Virus record (IMG/VR): IMGVR_UViG_3300042881_001544
Coordinates: 1-52,767 of that record
Direction: 5' to 3' (one strand)
From: a virus
Lineage: Duplodnaviria > Caudoviricetes
DNA: 52,767 bases
Shown here: in pieces, positions 44,382-52,767 of the stretch
Layout of the letters: each line of letters opens with the position of its first letter
How positions within the stretch are numbered: position 1 is the first letter of the stretch
The notes under the pieces: generated by a model
What the model saw: the letters and a program-made list of their open reading frames with translations, nothing else
The model's database searches: none
Told to the model about the DNA's origin: nothing
Translations under genes and position numbers: made by a program

Positions 44382-46928
44382 ATGGCTAAAACCAAAAAAA
44401 TTGTAAATCGTGAAGGTGTTTCCTCTTGGGGATTTAACACAATCAATTCTAATGGCGTTGCACCAACAAGCCGTGTTCAAACCGCCAATGATGCATTTAC
44501 AATTTGCTGGAACTTGCGACTAGATAACGCTGGTCGTGAACGCAAGTGGGGTCGTATTTACAAGTGCTACAAAGGGTTCCCACCTACCGATTATAGTCAA
44601 GTAGCCTCTCGTCAGCTTTCTGGAATGAGCAATGTGCCATTCCGACAAATGAAGTTTATTGTTGATAACCAGAAGTCATCTTTTGTTGACATGGTTATGG
44701 AACGTAATACTGCCGCCAATATTACTACCAAAATTGGCAACCCTACGGAAAAGAAGCAATGGAGTGACATTATCAGCGTTGGCTTTGATAAAATGCTTCG
44801 TTCATGGAATAGCTATAACTACAATGTGGAATTGGATGTGGAAGAAATGACCCTATTTGGAAAGGGCTTTGAAATTGCAGAAGATAGGGACGGTTGGCCC
44901 ACAAAAAGTTTTCATAACTCCAATGTGCTAATTCCAGATAAAACGTATGCTGATCTCACGAACTTGGGTGAGATTTGCATTAAACGTAGCTACACCCCCC
45001 TTGAGTTCTGGCTCAAGATTACTGGTGGGGAGGAAGATTCTGAAAAGGCACAAAAATATGCTACGGATATGGGTTGGAACTTTTGGGCTTGTGTTGATGC
45101 CCTTCGGATGTTCACCACAAACTATCGCAACACCTACACCAATACGGAGTGGTTGCGTGACGTATCTAGCGGCAACCTAAACCTATCCCGTCTTTATACT
45201 CTCCGTATTGAACTTTATGAACTGTATATCATGGAGTTCAATGGATCTATTTCCAAAATGCTCCTTCTCCAGAACTACGGAGGATTGATTCTTGGGTACA
45301 AAGAAAATGGTCGTAAGGATTTGACTGAAGAAGAATACAGGGATCAAACAGGATTCCTATACTATCGCAAAGATTGGGTAGAAAAGGATGGCGATGGATG
45401 GAATGACATCATTGCTCCTATGACCGATTCTGCTGGTAGCGGCATCTGGCATGAGATCCAAGGGCTTGCTGAATCTATCTTTATTCAATGCAGGGCTTAT
45501 GACATCCACATGAACCGCTTTATGGATGCGGTTGATTGGAATACTCGCCTTATGTTTAAAGGTGGTACTGCTGAAGCAACCAAGAAACTTAAACAGATGG
45601 AATGGCAACCTTGGATGATTTTGCCGCAAGACGTTGAACCAATTCAAGTAGCGGTTAGTATTCCATTCCAAGAAGTTCTTGCTGGTATTCAGTTTTATCA
45701 AGCCGACCTTTATCGTGGCATTGGTGCTTACAATATCGGCATGGCAAACAAGGGCGGCAAACAAAGGACAAAGGGTGAAGCAGAACTTGATGCCGCCGAA
45801 TCCGCAAAGCTCCAAGGAACCCAAATCCGTAGGTTTAATGATAACCAGACACGTTGGTTGCGAATGCTCTATAAGAGGATGAGCAATACCACAAAGGGTG
45901 GTAATGGTTATAAGATGAAAGAACAATTTGTAGAGTTCATGGAACAAAATGGAGTTCCCAAAGAAGCATGGAAGTGGGAGAACATTGAAAACCTAGAAAG
46001 CAATATGCTTGCTGGTTCTGGAAGCCCCTCTTATAAGCTGATGGCGGCTCAACAAACCGTTTCACTTACTGGCATGACTCCAGCCAATGAAGGTCAAGCA
46101 AACGCAATTGCTGATGCCATTGCCGCACTTAATGGTCGTCAAAACGTCAATCGTTACGTTCAACAAAGCCAAGTCAAGATCCCTGATGAACAGGGTATTA
46201 TTTCAATGGAGAACATTGGAATGACTGATCCAAAGGGCAACCCTGCAAACTTCCGTGTGTATCCTGATCAAAACCATATAGAGCATTTCAATGGTCACAT
46301 CCAAGATGCAATGGTTTCGTTGCAGGAAGCGCAACAGGCAATGCAAGCCTCGCCAGTTGCACAAAACGCCATGAATAGCCAGCAAGCGCAATCGTCTGTT
46401 GATGATGAGGCGTTTAACCTATTGCGTGATATTTATGCTACCCTCATGCGATTCAAAGGGCCGCATCTTGTTGCTCACCTTGGGTTTATTGAAAGAGATC
46501 CAACCAAGAAAGAAATGGCAAAGCAGTATGCGCAACAGATGCAGATGCTTCAACGTGGCGTGGATGAACTTGGTAGCCAAGTTGCACAAATGGCTCAAGC
46601 CAAACAGCAAGAGGGCAATCAGGGAATGCAAGATCCAAACACAATCAAGCTACAAGCAATGGTTGCTAAAGAAGCAATCCAAGCAGACAGCTTGAGGAAG
46701 AAAGAAGACATCAAACTGGCGGCATTGGCTAATAAGGCTCAACTGCGTGAGGCAACATCAATGGAAAGGGCTTCTACTGATCTTGCTACAAAGAGGGCAA
46801 AAGCCGCCAATGAGATCCAGATTCGCAGGGCTAAAGCCGCACAGGATGCAGAGATTTTGCAGAATAAAAACTCTCAAGAAATGCAAATGAATATGTCAGA
46901 ACCAAGCAACCCGCAACCCACAGAATAA
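44382..46928 (+). CDS. Portal protein
   Basis: Size; helical with Q-rich C-terminal barrel-like tail; RTKGE motif; portal-scaffold-capsid order. Confidence 0.8.
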   Translation: MAKTKKIVNREGVSSWGFNTINSNGVAPTSRVQTANDAFTICWNLRLDNAGRERKWGRIYKCYKGFPPTDYSQVASRQLSGMSNVPFRQMKFIVDNQKSSFVDMVMERNTAANITTKIGNPTEKKQWSDIISVGFDKMLRSWNSYNYNVELDVEEMTLFGKGFEIAEDRDGWPTKSFHNSNVLIPDKTYADLTNLGEICIKRSYTPLEFWLKITGGEEDSEKAQKYATDMGWNFWACVDALRMFTTNYRNTYTNTEWLRDVSSGNLNLSRLYTLRIELYELYIMEFNGSISKMLLLQNYGGLILGYKENGRKDLTEEEYRDQTGFLYYRKDWVEKDGDGWNDIIAPMTDSAGSGIWHEIQGLAESIFIQCRAYDIHMNRFMDAVDWNTRLMFKGGTAEATKKLKQMEWQPWMILPQDVEPIQVAVSIPFQEVLAGIQFYQADLYRGIGAYNIGMANKGGKQRTKGEAELDAAESAKLQGTQIRRFNDNQTRWLRMLYKRMSNTTKGGNGYKMKEQFVEFMEQNGVPKEAWKWENIENLESNMLAGSGSPSYKLMAAQQTVSLTGMTPANEGQANAIADAIAALNGRQNVNRYVQQSQVKIPDEQGIISMENIGMTDPKGNPANFRVYPDQNHIEHFNGHIQDAMVSLQEAQQAMQASPVAQNAMNSQQAQSSVDDEAFNLLRDIYATLMRFKGPHLVAHLGFIERDPTKKEMAKQYAQQMQMLQRGVDELGSQVAQMAQAKQQEGNQGMQDPNTIKLQAMVAKEAIQADSLRKKEDIKLAALANKAQLREATSMERASTDLATKRAKAANEIQIRRAKAAQDAEILQNKNSQEMQMNMSEPSNPQPTE

Positions 46929-46929
46929 A

Positions 46930-47214
46930 ATGGCAGATAAAAACACGCTAAACCTAGCCGCCGCTATCATAAATGATCGTAGATATAGCGAACTCAAGAC
47001 TGCAATTTACGAGGATTTGGTAAAGAACGATCATGCTACTGTTGTAGCAGTATTCAAAATGTTGCAGGATTACGCATTGGAAGCTGAAGATAATTCATTC
47101 CATTCGGTTGAAAAACCTAGAAAACTTATTGAGAAAATAAGCACACATGATCTTGACCTTGATCCTGATCTTGATGATTCTCTGACCAATGAAGAGATTG
47201 CTCTTCGCAAGTAA
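46930..47214 (+). CDS. Hypothetical head-module protein
   Basis: ORF between portal and scaffold. Confidence 0.65.
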   Translation: MADKNTLNLAAAIINDRRYSELKTAIYEDLVKNDHATVVAVFKMLQDYALEAEDNSFHSVEKPRKLIEKISTHDLDLDPDLDDSLTNEEIALRK

Positions 47215-47234
47215 CCACAAACAACCACACAAAT

Positions 47235-48560
47235 ATGTCTGAAACCGCTGTTGCAGAAACTACGCAAACTAACGATCTTACTTCAGCTTCCGTAGCTGAT
47301 AAAGCCGCAAGAGATGCCGCAATTAAACAGGCAGATAGTTTTTTTAAAGGTGACATTAAGGATGCACCGAAAGGAAGTCCTTCAGATCTTTTTAAGAAGT
47401 TTGCTGAAAAACTAAATCAAGACTCTTCACAATATCAGGAAAAGATTGATGAAGAAAAGCAAACGAAGCGTGAGGCTGAAGAGAATAGACCAGAACCAGA
47501 AATCAAAGCCTCTTCTGTAGAAGACGAGAAAAAGGGTGGTTATATCAAATCCCTCAAGCAAACCAATGAGCAACTCTCAAAAGAAGCGGCTGAACTAAAG
47601 GCCCGTGTAGAAAAGATTCCAGATTACGAAAAGGAAATTGAGGATCTTCGTTCCAAAATTGACGATGGAGGAACAAAGAAGGAAATGGAGAAGTTACGCA
47701 AGGAACTTGAAGAGGCAGTAAAAGAAAGGCAAGAAAGGGAAACTGCCCTTATGTCGGATCTTGAAAATCTTCGTCAAGCCAATGCTTTGCTGAATCTTCC
47801 TGCTGATCCAAACTTCAAAAGGGATTATGATGCTCCGATTCTTAATGGATACAATCAAGTTAAAATGATTGTTGGTGATGATCAGTTTTCCGTTACTGAA
47901 TTTGAGAAAGCTATTGCCGCTTATGAGGTTTCCCTTCGTAGTGAAGACCCAAGCGAAAAATCAAGACAACGTGAGATTTCCAAAACAACCCTAAATGCCA
48001 TTTACGAGAATCTTTCTCCAATGGAGCAAGCCAAGTTCCAAAACACGGCTTATGATGTTATGGCAAAAATTGAGGCTAGGAATAATGCCCTTAATGATTG
48101 GCAGAATACCAAGGCTAGGATTGATGAGGAAAACACTCGCAAGGCCCATGCTACAAGGTCGCAAGTAGGAAAGCGTTGGCAGGATGCTTTTTCACAAGCC
48201 AAACAAATGCTGGATGAAGCAATTAAATATCCAGAAGAGATTGCCAAGATTATTGCATCACAACAAATTGATGATGACACATCGGAAGATGAGATGATTG
48301 CTGAAGCGGCATTGCGTGAGAATAGCAATTATGCTCCAGAACAAATCACCCGTGTTCTTCAACAGGGAGCAAAGTTTAAGAAACAAAAGGCTTATACCTT
48401 TGCCCTTGAAAAACAAGTTTCTGAATTGAACGAAACCATACGCAAGATGCGTGGGTCTTCTACTGGAGATGGAACTATTGGTTCCTCTTCTGCTGGCAAA
48501 GCAACGGAAGTTGAAGAAAGAACTCCTGCGGCTTTGTTTGCTAAATTTAGAAATAAATAA
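47235..48560 (+). CDS. Capsid scaffolding protein
   Basis: Charged coiled coil directly before the capsid gene. Confidence 0.7.
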   Translation: MSETAVAETTQTNDLTSASVADKAARDAAIKQADSFFKGDIKDAPKGSPSDLFKKFAEKLNQDSSQYQEKIDEEKQTKREAEENRPEPEIKASSVEDEKKGGYIKSLKQTNEQLSKEAAELKARVEKIPDYEKEIEDLRSKIDDGGTKKEMEKLRKELEEAVKERQERETALMSDLENLRQANALLNLPADPNFKRDYDAPILNGYNQVKMIVGDDQFSVTEFEKAIAAYEVSLRSEDPSEKSRQREISKTTLNAIYENLSPMEQAKFQNTAYDVMAKIEARNNALNDWQNTKARIDEENTRKAHATRSQVGKRWQDAFSQAKQMLDEAIKYPEEIAKIIASQQIDDDTSEDEMIAEAALRENSNYAPEQITRVLQQGAKFKKQKAYTFALEKQVSELNETIRKMRGSSTGDGTIGSSSAGKATEVEERTPAALFAKFRNK

Positions 48561-48836
48561 AATTTTCTGTTGACGGATTATTAAAAACACATTAATAGTC
48601 CGTTGACAGTATAACTCTGGATTGGTTGGTTTTGATTAGCCGACTGTTCTTGGTGGAAGCGATGAGTCGGATAGCGACCGACATTAAATAATAAGCGGAT
48701 CGTCAAACTGGAGAATAGTGGGGTGATCAAAACCATCAGCGATGGTTGCCAGATCGCAAACCCTAAACACATAACCGTGTTCTAAAAGGGAGCGATCCTT
48801 TTTGGGACATAAACAAAACCCAAAACACTTAATTAT

Positions 48837-50246
48837 ATGGCACAGAATGGCATTACGTTCTCCTCATGCCAAGACGTTGATACGCTCTTTCGTGAGGCTA
48901 GGACATACTACAATCCCTTCTTCATTAAGAAGATGGCGATTAACTCCATCTACTATGGTCGTCTTGAAACCGAGACTTGGCCTCTGAACACCCTCCCGAC
49001 CCAAAAGGCATTCCGCTTTGGTCGTGGATGGTATAACCCCGATCAACCTTGGCAGGAAGTCCAGAGTGGTCGTTGCGTCCAAAACGCTGATGATATTCAG
49101 TTTGAGACCATCGCCCATCCCGGCACGGAAAGCTACTCGTTCAGCCTTTTCACCAAGGCAATGCGTACCGATTGGTATCAGCTTACCGATTTCATGTATC
49201 GTCTGTTCCCGCAGGAAGAGATGGATCACATCATGGCTACCAATGTCAACATCACCAAGAACGTCCATGAGGAGTTTTCTCGCTCACAATGGATCGGAGG
49301 TGCTGGTCACAAGTGGTGCCCCATCAGCGATGGTCAGAGCCTTCTCTCTTGCCAAGCGCAAGATGATCAGATGTTCATCGTTCAGCCCTTTGAGGGAACC
49401 AACGAGGGTAGCTTCAACATGGGCTATGTCTATGTTAAACTCCCTGCTTCCCAGCTTGGAAACATTGGTCTTCTCTCGCTTGATACGCTTGATGACATCC
49501 TCATCAACCTTCAGCGTGAAGATGATGCCTATCGTCTCGACGTAAGCGAGGCCGCTGGTCGCCCCCTCCTTGAGGTTATCGTTCCCGATAGCCGTGTCCT
49601 CCGTCAACTCTGGCAGTATGCCAAGCAGTCTGGTGGATGGTGGGAGAGCGTTAGCGATTTCGATGACAAGCAACTTCAATACTCCCTTGGTATTGATCGT
49701 GTTATCGGAAACTACGCTTTCTGCAACGACATCAACGGTGTCCGTCTGAAAGTTGATTGGGCTTATAATGCGGCCCTTTCGACCTTTAACGCCAACAATC
49801 CTGACACTTGGCCTCGTCTGGTTCGTGTCCTGCCTTATGTGCCTGTTACCACCGAGCTTGGTTGCAAGTATGTGCAGAATCCCGAATACAACAATGCCGA
49901 CTTCGGTATCACCAACCCTTGGGTCAACAAGGCTATGATCAAGTGGATCAGCCCTTCCCAAAGCGGAATTGGTGAGGCTCAAGGCATGACCCAGAACTAC
50001 GCTGGTGATTGGCAATGGAAGAACCCCGATTGGGAGTGCAACATCAAGCGTGACCAAGGTTTCTTCTGGAACCAGTTCCGTATGGGTATGCAGTTCCAAG
50101 ATCCGACCCTGATGCATTCGATCCTTCACAGGCTCAACACAAGCCGTCTGATCATCCCTGCGCCTTGCACCCTATCCACGAACTACACGCCGCAATACAC
50201 CCCTGATTGCTACGTCTGTTCCAGCGTTGTTAGCCAGCCTATCTAA
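48837..50246 (+). CDS. Major capsid protein
   Basis: Size, position after the scaffold, C-ending codon bias suggesting high expression. Confidence 0.8.
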   Translation: MAQNGITFSSCQDVDTLFREARTYYNPFFIKKMAINSIYYGRLETETWPLNTLPTQKAFRFGRGWYNPDQPWQEVQSGRCVQNADDIQFETIAHPGTESYSFSLFTKAMRTDWYQLTDFMYRLFPQEEMDHIMATNVNITKNVHEEFSRSQWIGGAGHKWCPISDGQSLLSCQAQDDQMFIVQPFEGTNEGSFNMGYVYVKLPASQLGNIGLLSLDTLDDILINLQREDDAYRLDVSEAAGRPLLEVIVPDSRVLRQLWQYAKQSGGWWESVSDFDDKQLQYSLGIDRVIGNYAFCNDINGVRLKVDWAYNAALSTFNANNPDTWPRLVRVLPYVPVTTELGCKYVQNPEYNNADFGITNPWVNKAMIKWISPSQSGIGEAQGMTQNYAGDWQWKNPDWECNIKRDQGFFWNQFRMGMQFQDPTLMHSILHRLNTSRLIIPAPCTLSTNYTPQYTPDCYVCSSVVSQPI

Positions 50247-50265
50247 CCGATAAAACAATACTCCG

Positions 50266-50589
50266 ATGAACCCATCTAATTATGCTCCGTCGGATGTCTT
50301 GAACGCTCCTGCCCTACTTTATGTGGGGCAGGGGCAACCCCTGACTCCGTATATTTTTTCGGTTACTGTTGGAACAACGGTAACAATTCCTACGAGTGCG
50401 TTGTCTTGGTCTATTAGTGCTAATGCTGGTGTTAATATTACAATCAACGGCGATTCACTTACTGGCGCATTGAGCCTTTCTGGTAGCGGCCCATTGTCTC
50501 GTACAATTGTGGTTACTTCCGTTTCTGGAACTGCTCACGTTATGTATCTACTCAACAATGTGGTTTATAACACCCCCGGCTACTACTAA
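50266..50589 (+). CDS. Small beta-rich structural protein
   Basis: Follows the capsid gene; S/T/V-rich. Confidence 0.6.
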   Translation: MNPSNYAPSDVLNAPALLYVGQGQPLTPYIFSVTVGTTVTIPTSALSWSISANAGVNITINGDSLTGALSLSGSGPLSRTIVVTSVSGTAHVMYLLNNVVYNTPGYY

Positions 50590-50607
50590 AAACTAACAAA
50601 ATATATT

Positions 50608-51291
50608 ATGTCCGTCCCTAACCCTACTCCTAACAACCTAACTCTGGTTCGCTTCGGCCCTCTGTCCGTTGACTTCACTAGAACTGGTACTTACACCCTT
50701 GGGCAAATTGAACGAGATCAGCAGACGTTTATCCCGACTGCTTCGTTTGTCGTTTATCAAAACGCTCTTGGAACCAATGGAACGCAAGCAATTGTTGCAA
50801 TTGACAATGGCACGACTGGAGAAAACATCTCCACCGCCACTCTCCCTGCAACCCCTGTTTCGACTAGCCCTAACGCAACTGGAAATCTGTCACAAACGGT
50901 TTTCACCCCTGCTACCAATGGCTATGTTCTTGGACAAGTTCCAGTATCCACCTCTATTCCTAGCAATGGAGCCGCCGCAACGCAAAGCGTCCGTGTGAAT
51001 GTGACGCAAGCCGCTGTTCCTGCGCTTGCTACTACCTTCCGTGCTACGGCAAACAACATCTCGACCCTGACTGTGGCGAGTGTTCCTGCTTGGCTTGTTG
51101 CTGGTGCTAAAGTGAAGGTTCAGTCTGTTGGTAATGCCGCTTATAATGGTTTCGTCACCGTTATCTCGACTACTGCTACAACCTTCTCGTACTACAATCC
51201 TTCGATTGTTACCGAGGCTTCCACGGCTGATACCGCTGGTCGCATTGGCGCAATCGTCGGCGATGTGTACGTTGTCGGTTTCCTTCAGTAA
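50608..51291 (+). CDS. Capsid decoration-like structural protein
   Basis: T/A/V-rich; AGAKVKV..YNG..V...TTFSY beta domain. Confidence 0.6.
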   Translation: MSVPNPTPNNLTLVRFGPLSVDFTRTGTYTLGQIERDQQTFIPTASFVVYQNALGTNGTQAIVAIDNGTTGENISTATLPATPVSTSPNATGNLSQTVFTPATNGYVLGQVPVSTSIPSNGAAATQSVRVNVTQAAVPALATTFRATANNISTLTVASVPAWLVAGAKVKVQSVGNAAYNGFVTVISTTATTFSYYNPSIVTEASTADTAGRIGAIVGDVYVVGFLQ

Positions 51292-51299
51292 TTAAACTC

Positions 51300-51338
51300 A
51301 AAGGTGGCATGGAGGTTCTACCCCTCCATGTCACTTTT
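51300..51338 (+). terminator. Rho-independent terminator
   Basis: GGTGGCATGGAGG-loop-CCTCCATGTCACT followed by a T run, just after the stop. Confidence 0.75.
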
Positions 51339-51349
51339 ACTCAAATATT

Positions 51350-51733
51350 ATGCCTGTTACTCCACTCAATTTTCCTTCATTTGTAGATACCACCGATAGC
51401 GAACAAAGGTGGCAGATTTATAATGCTATTGCTACTGGAGCAACTACAGGAACGCTTTCTAAAGCAACAACTGCTACTCGCAGTAATTTTTCTGCGGCTA
51501 CTGACACAAGCATTGCCGCCGCAAGCACAAGCCGTGTTACGCTTTCTATTTTCAATGTCGGCCCTGCCGTCCTTTACATTGGACAGGGAAGCACGGCGGT
51601 TACGACAACAGATTTCACCTATCTCCTAAACGCAGGAGACACCTACATTGCCAATCCAAATGAGGTTGGACTTGAGCATCGTGGGATCTTTGCCGCCGCA
51701 GGAAGTGTAGCAGAAGTCACTATCGGAGCTTAA
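51350..51733 (+). CDS. Small structural protein
   Basis: R..LSIFN.G...LYIG motif; T/A-rich. Confidence 0.65.
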   Translation: MPVTPLNFPSFVDTTDSEQRWQIYNAIATGATTGTLSKATTATRSNFSAATDTSIAAASTSRVTLSIFNVGPAVLYIGQGSTAVTTTDFTYLLNAGDTYIANPNEVGLEHRGIFAAAGSVAEVTIGA

Positions 51734-52767
51734 CCTATGTCTATCGTTCGCCAGCCAGCCTATATTGCAAAGTCGCCAATTAGCATTGCTATTGGAGGGA
51801 CTGTTCCTGCTCCGTTTCCTCCAACTCCCGTTGTCCCTGCACAGGATTTGCAGATTAACGGAGTTTTGACTGGAACTGGTAGTGGCAAGTGGGTGAGTGC
51901 TATTGAGTATTATTTCGGAAGTCTTAATGGCCCAACAACATTTACCTTTTCTGATTTGGAAGGAACTACTGGAGGGTTTTTTAATTCCAATGCACCAATA
52001 ACCTCCACCAGCATATCTGCACCAAATTTAATTTATGTTGGATCAAATTTATTTGCTGGTGGTGGCGTTTTCACTTATAGTAACCTCACTTCTATAAATT
52101 TTCCAAAATTGCAATACATTGGAGGGTCGCTACTTGGAAGTCCAAATACTTATCCAGCACTTACATCAATCAGTTTTCCAGAATTAGTATTTATTGGTTC
52201 CCCTTGGGGTGGAACTTTGGCTGGATCAACTTCAATAAACCTGCCAAAATTGCAGATAACATCTGGACTGAACTTTACTGCGAATAGTTTAACCTCATTA
52301 AGCCTTCCTTCTTTGGTTTTCTGTTCTGGCAGTATAAGTTTTACAGCACCAGCACTTACCACGTTGACCATGCCATCCGTACTTGGAACGTGGAAAACGA
52401 TGACTGCAAACGTAAATTTAACCTCCATTGCACTCAACCAAACTTCTGTTAATAATCTCCTAGCCGCCCTTGCCTATATGGACGGCAACAATGGAACGCT
52501 TCTTTTTGGAACTGGACGATCAGTAACCATTACTGGCACATCTTCCGCTCCTAGCAACCTTGGAGTTGTTACTGGCCTAAATGGTTCTCAATTTGTCGGT
52601 GCAGGAACTATTTGCACAGCGACAATTGCTAACCACGGATATGCTATTGGTGATGTGATAAGGGTGGCTGGAGTTGGCGCACCTCTGGGTAATGCTAATA
52701 GATATGCAGTCATCCTTTCTTCTGGATTCACGACTGGACAATTTCAATACACTATCACCTCCCAAAC
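51710..52767. repeat. Terminal redundancy, copy B
   Basis: Matches 1-1007 (see copy A). Confidence 0.95.
51737..52767 (+). CDS. LRR-like virion protein, allele B (truncated by the window end)
   Basis: Open frame MSIVRQPAYIAKSPISIAIGGTVPAPFPP...; homologous to 28-1104 and 17 aa longer over the shared span. Confidence 0.85.
   Translation, partial: MSIVRQPAYIAKSPISIAIGGTVPAPFPPTPVVPAQDLQINGVLTGTGSGKWVSAIEYYFGSLNGPTTFTFSDLEGTTGGFFNSNAPITSTSISAPNLIYVGSNLFAGGGVFTYSNLTSINFPKLQYIGGSLLGSPNTYPALTSISFPELVFIGSPWGGTLAGSTSINLPKLQITSGLNFTANSLTSLSLPSLVFCSGSISFTAPALTTLTMPSVLGTWKTMTANVNLTSIALNQTSVNNLLAALAYMDGNNGTLLFGTGRSVTITGTSSAPSNLGVVTGLNGSQFVGAGTICTATIANHGYAIGDVIRVAGVGAPLGNANRYAVILSSGFTTGQFQYTITSQ

Noticed and set aside
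49284-50129. 281-aa antisense ORF inside the capsid gene
   Set aside because: Explained by capsid codon bias, which leaves few reverse-strand stops; no RBS or recognisable motif
1-52767. Stop-codon reassignment or prophage/host DNA
   Set aside because: Genes tile well in the standard code, no suppressor tRNA is present, and I saw no integrase, att site or host genes

Overview
The window is an apparently complete, circularly permuted ~51.7 kb genome of a tailed dsDNA phage with a podovirus-like gene set. Position 1 corresponds to position 51710, so the ends overlap by about 1 kb. The + strand carries portal, scaffold, major capsid, decoration and fibre genes, a lysis cassette, nozzle/adaptor, ejection proteins including a 2499-aa polyvalent protein, and a glycosyltransferase. 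The - strand carries the terminase large subunit, a RecT-like/exonuclease/SSB/replication-initiator module, three tRNAs and an early region with ardC. I recognised no integrase, DNA polymerase, RNA polymerase or reverse transcriptase. The most striking unannotated structure is in the early region (30629-34990). A promoter and a structured leader with a boxA-like motif precede an array of small genes. These are punctuated by ten copies of a sequence-variable but structurally conserved stem-loop (lower stem, ANN/UA internal loop, 10-12 bp upper stem, often a GNRA loop), nine of them lying right at a stop codon. Other points of interest: the contig ends hold two alleles of an LRR-like virion gene with a swapped central ~600 nt; the giant protein has domain cassettes delimited by PMFQQ repeats; and a ~470 nt structured non-coding region lies next to the tRNAs. 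All product calls come from motif recognition by eye; no searches were run.
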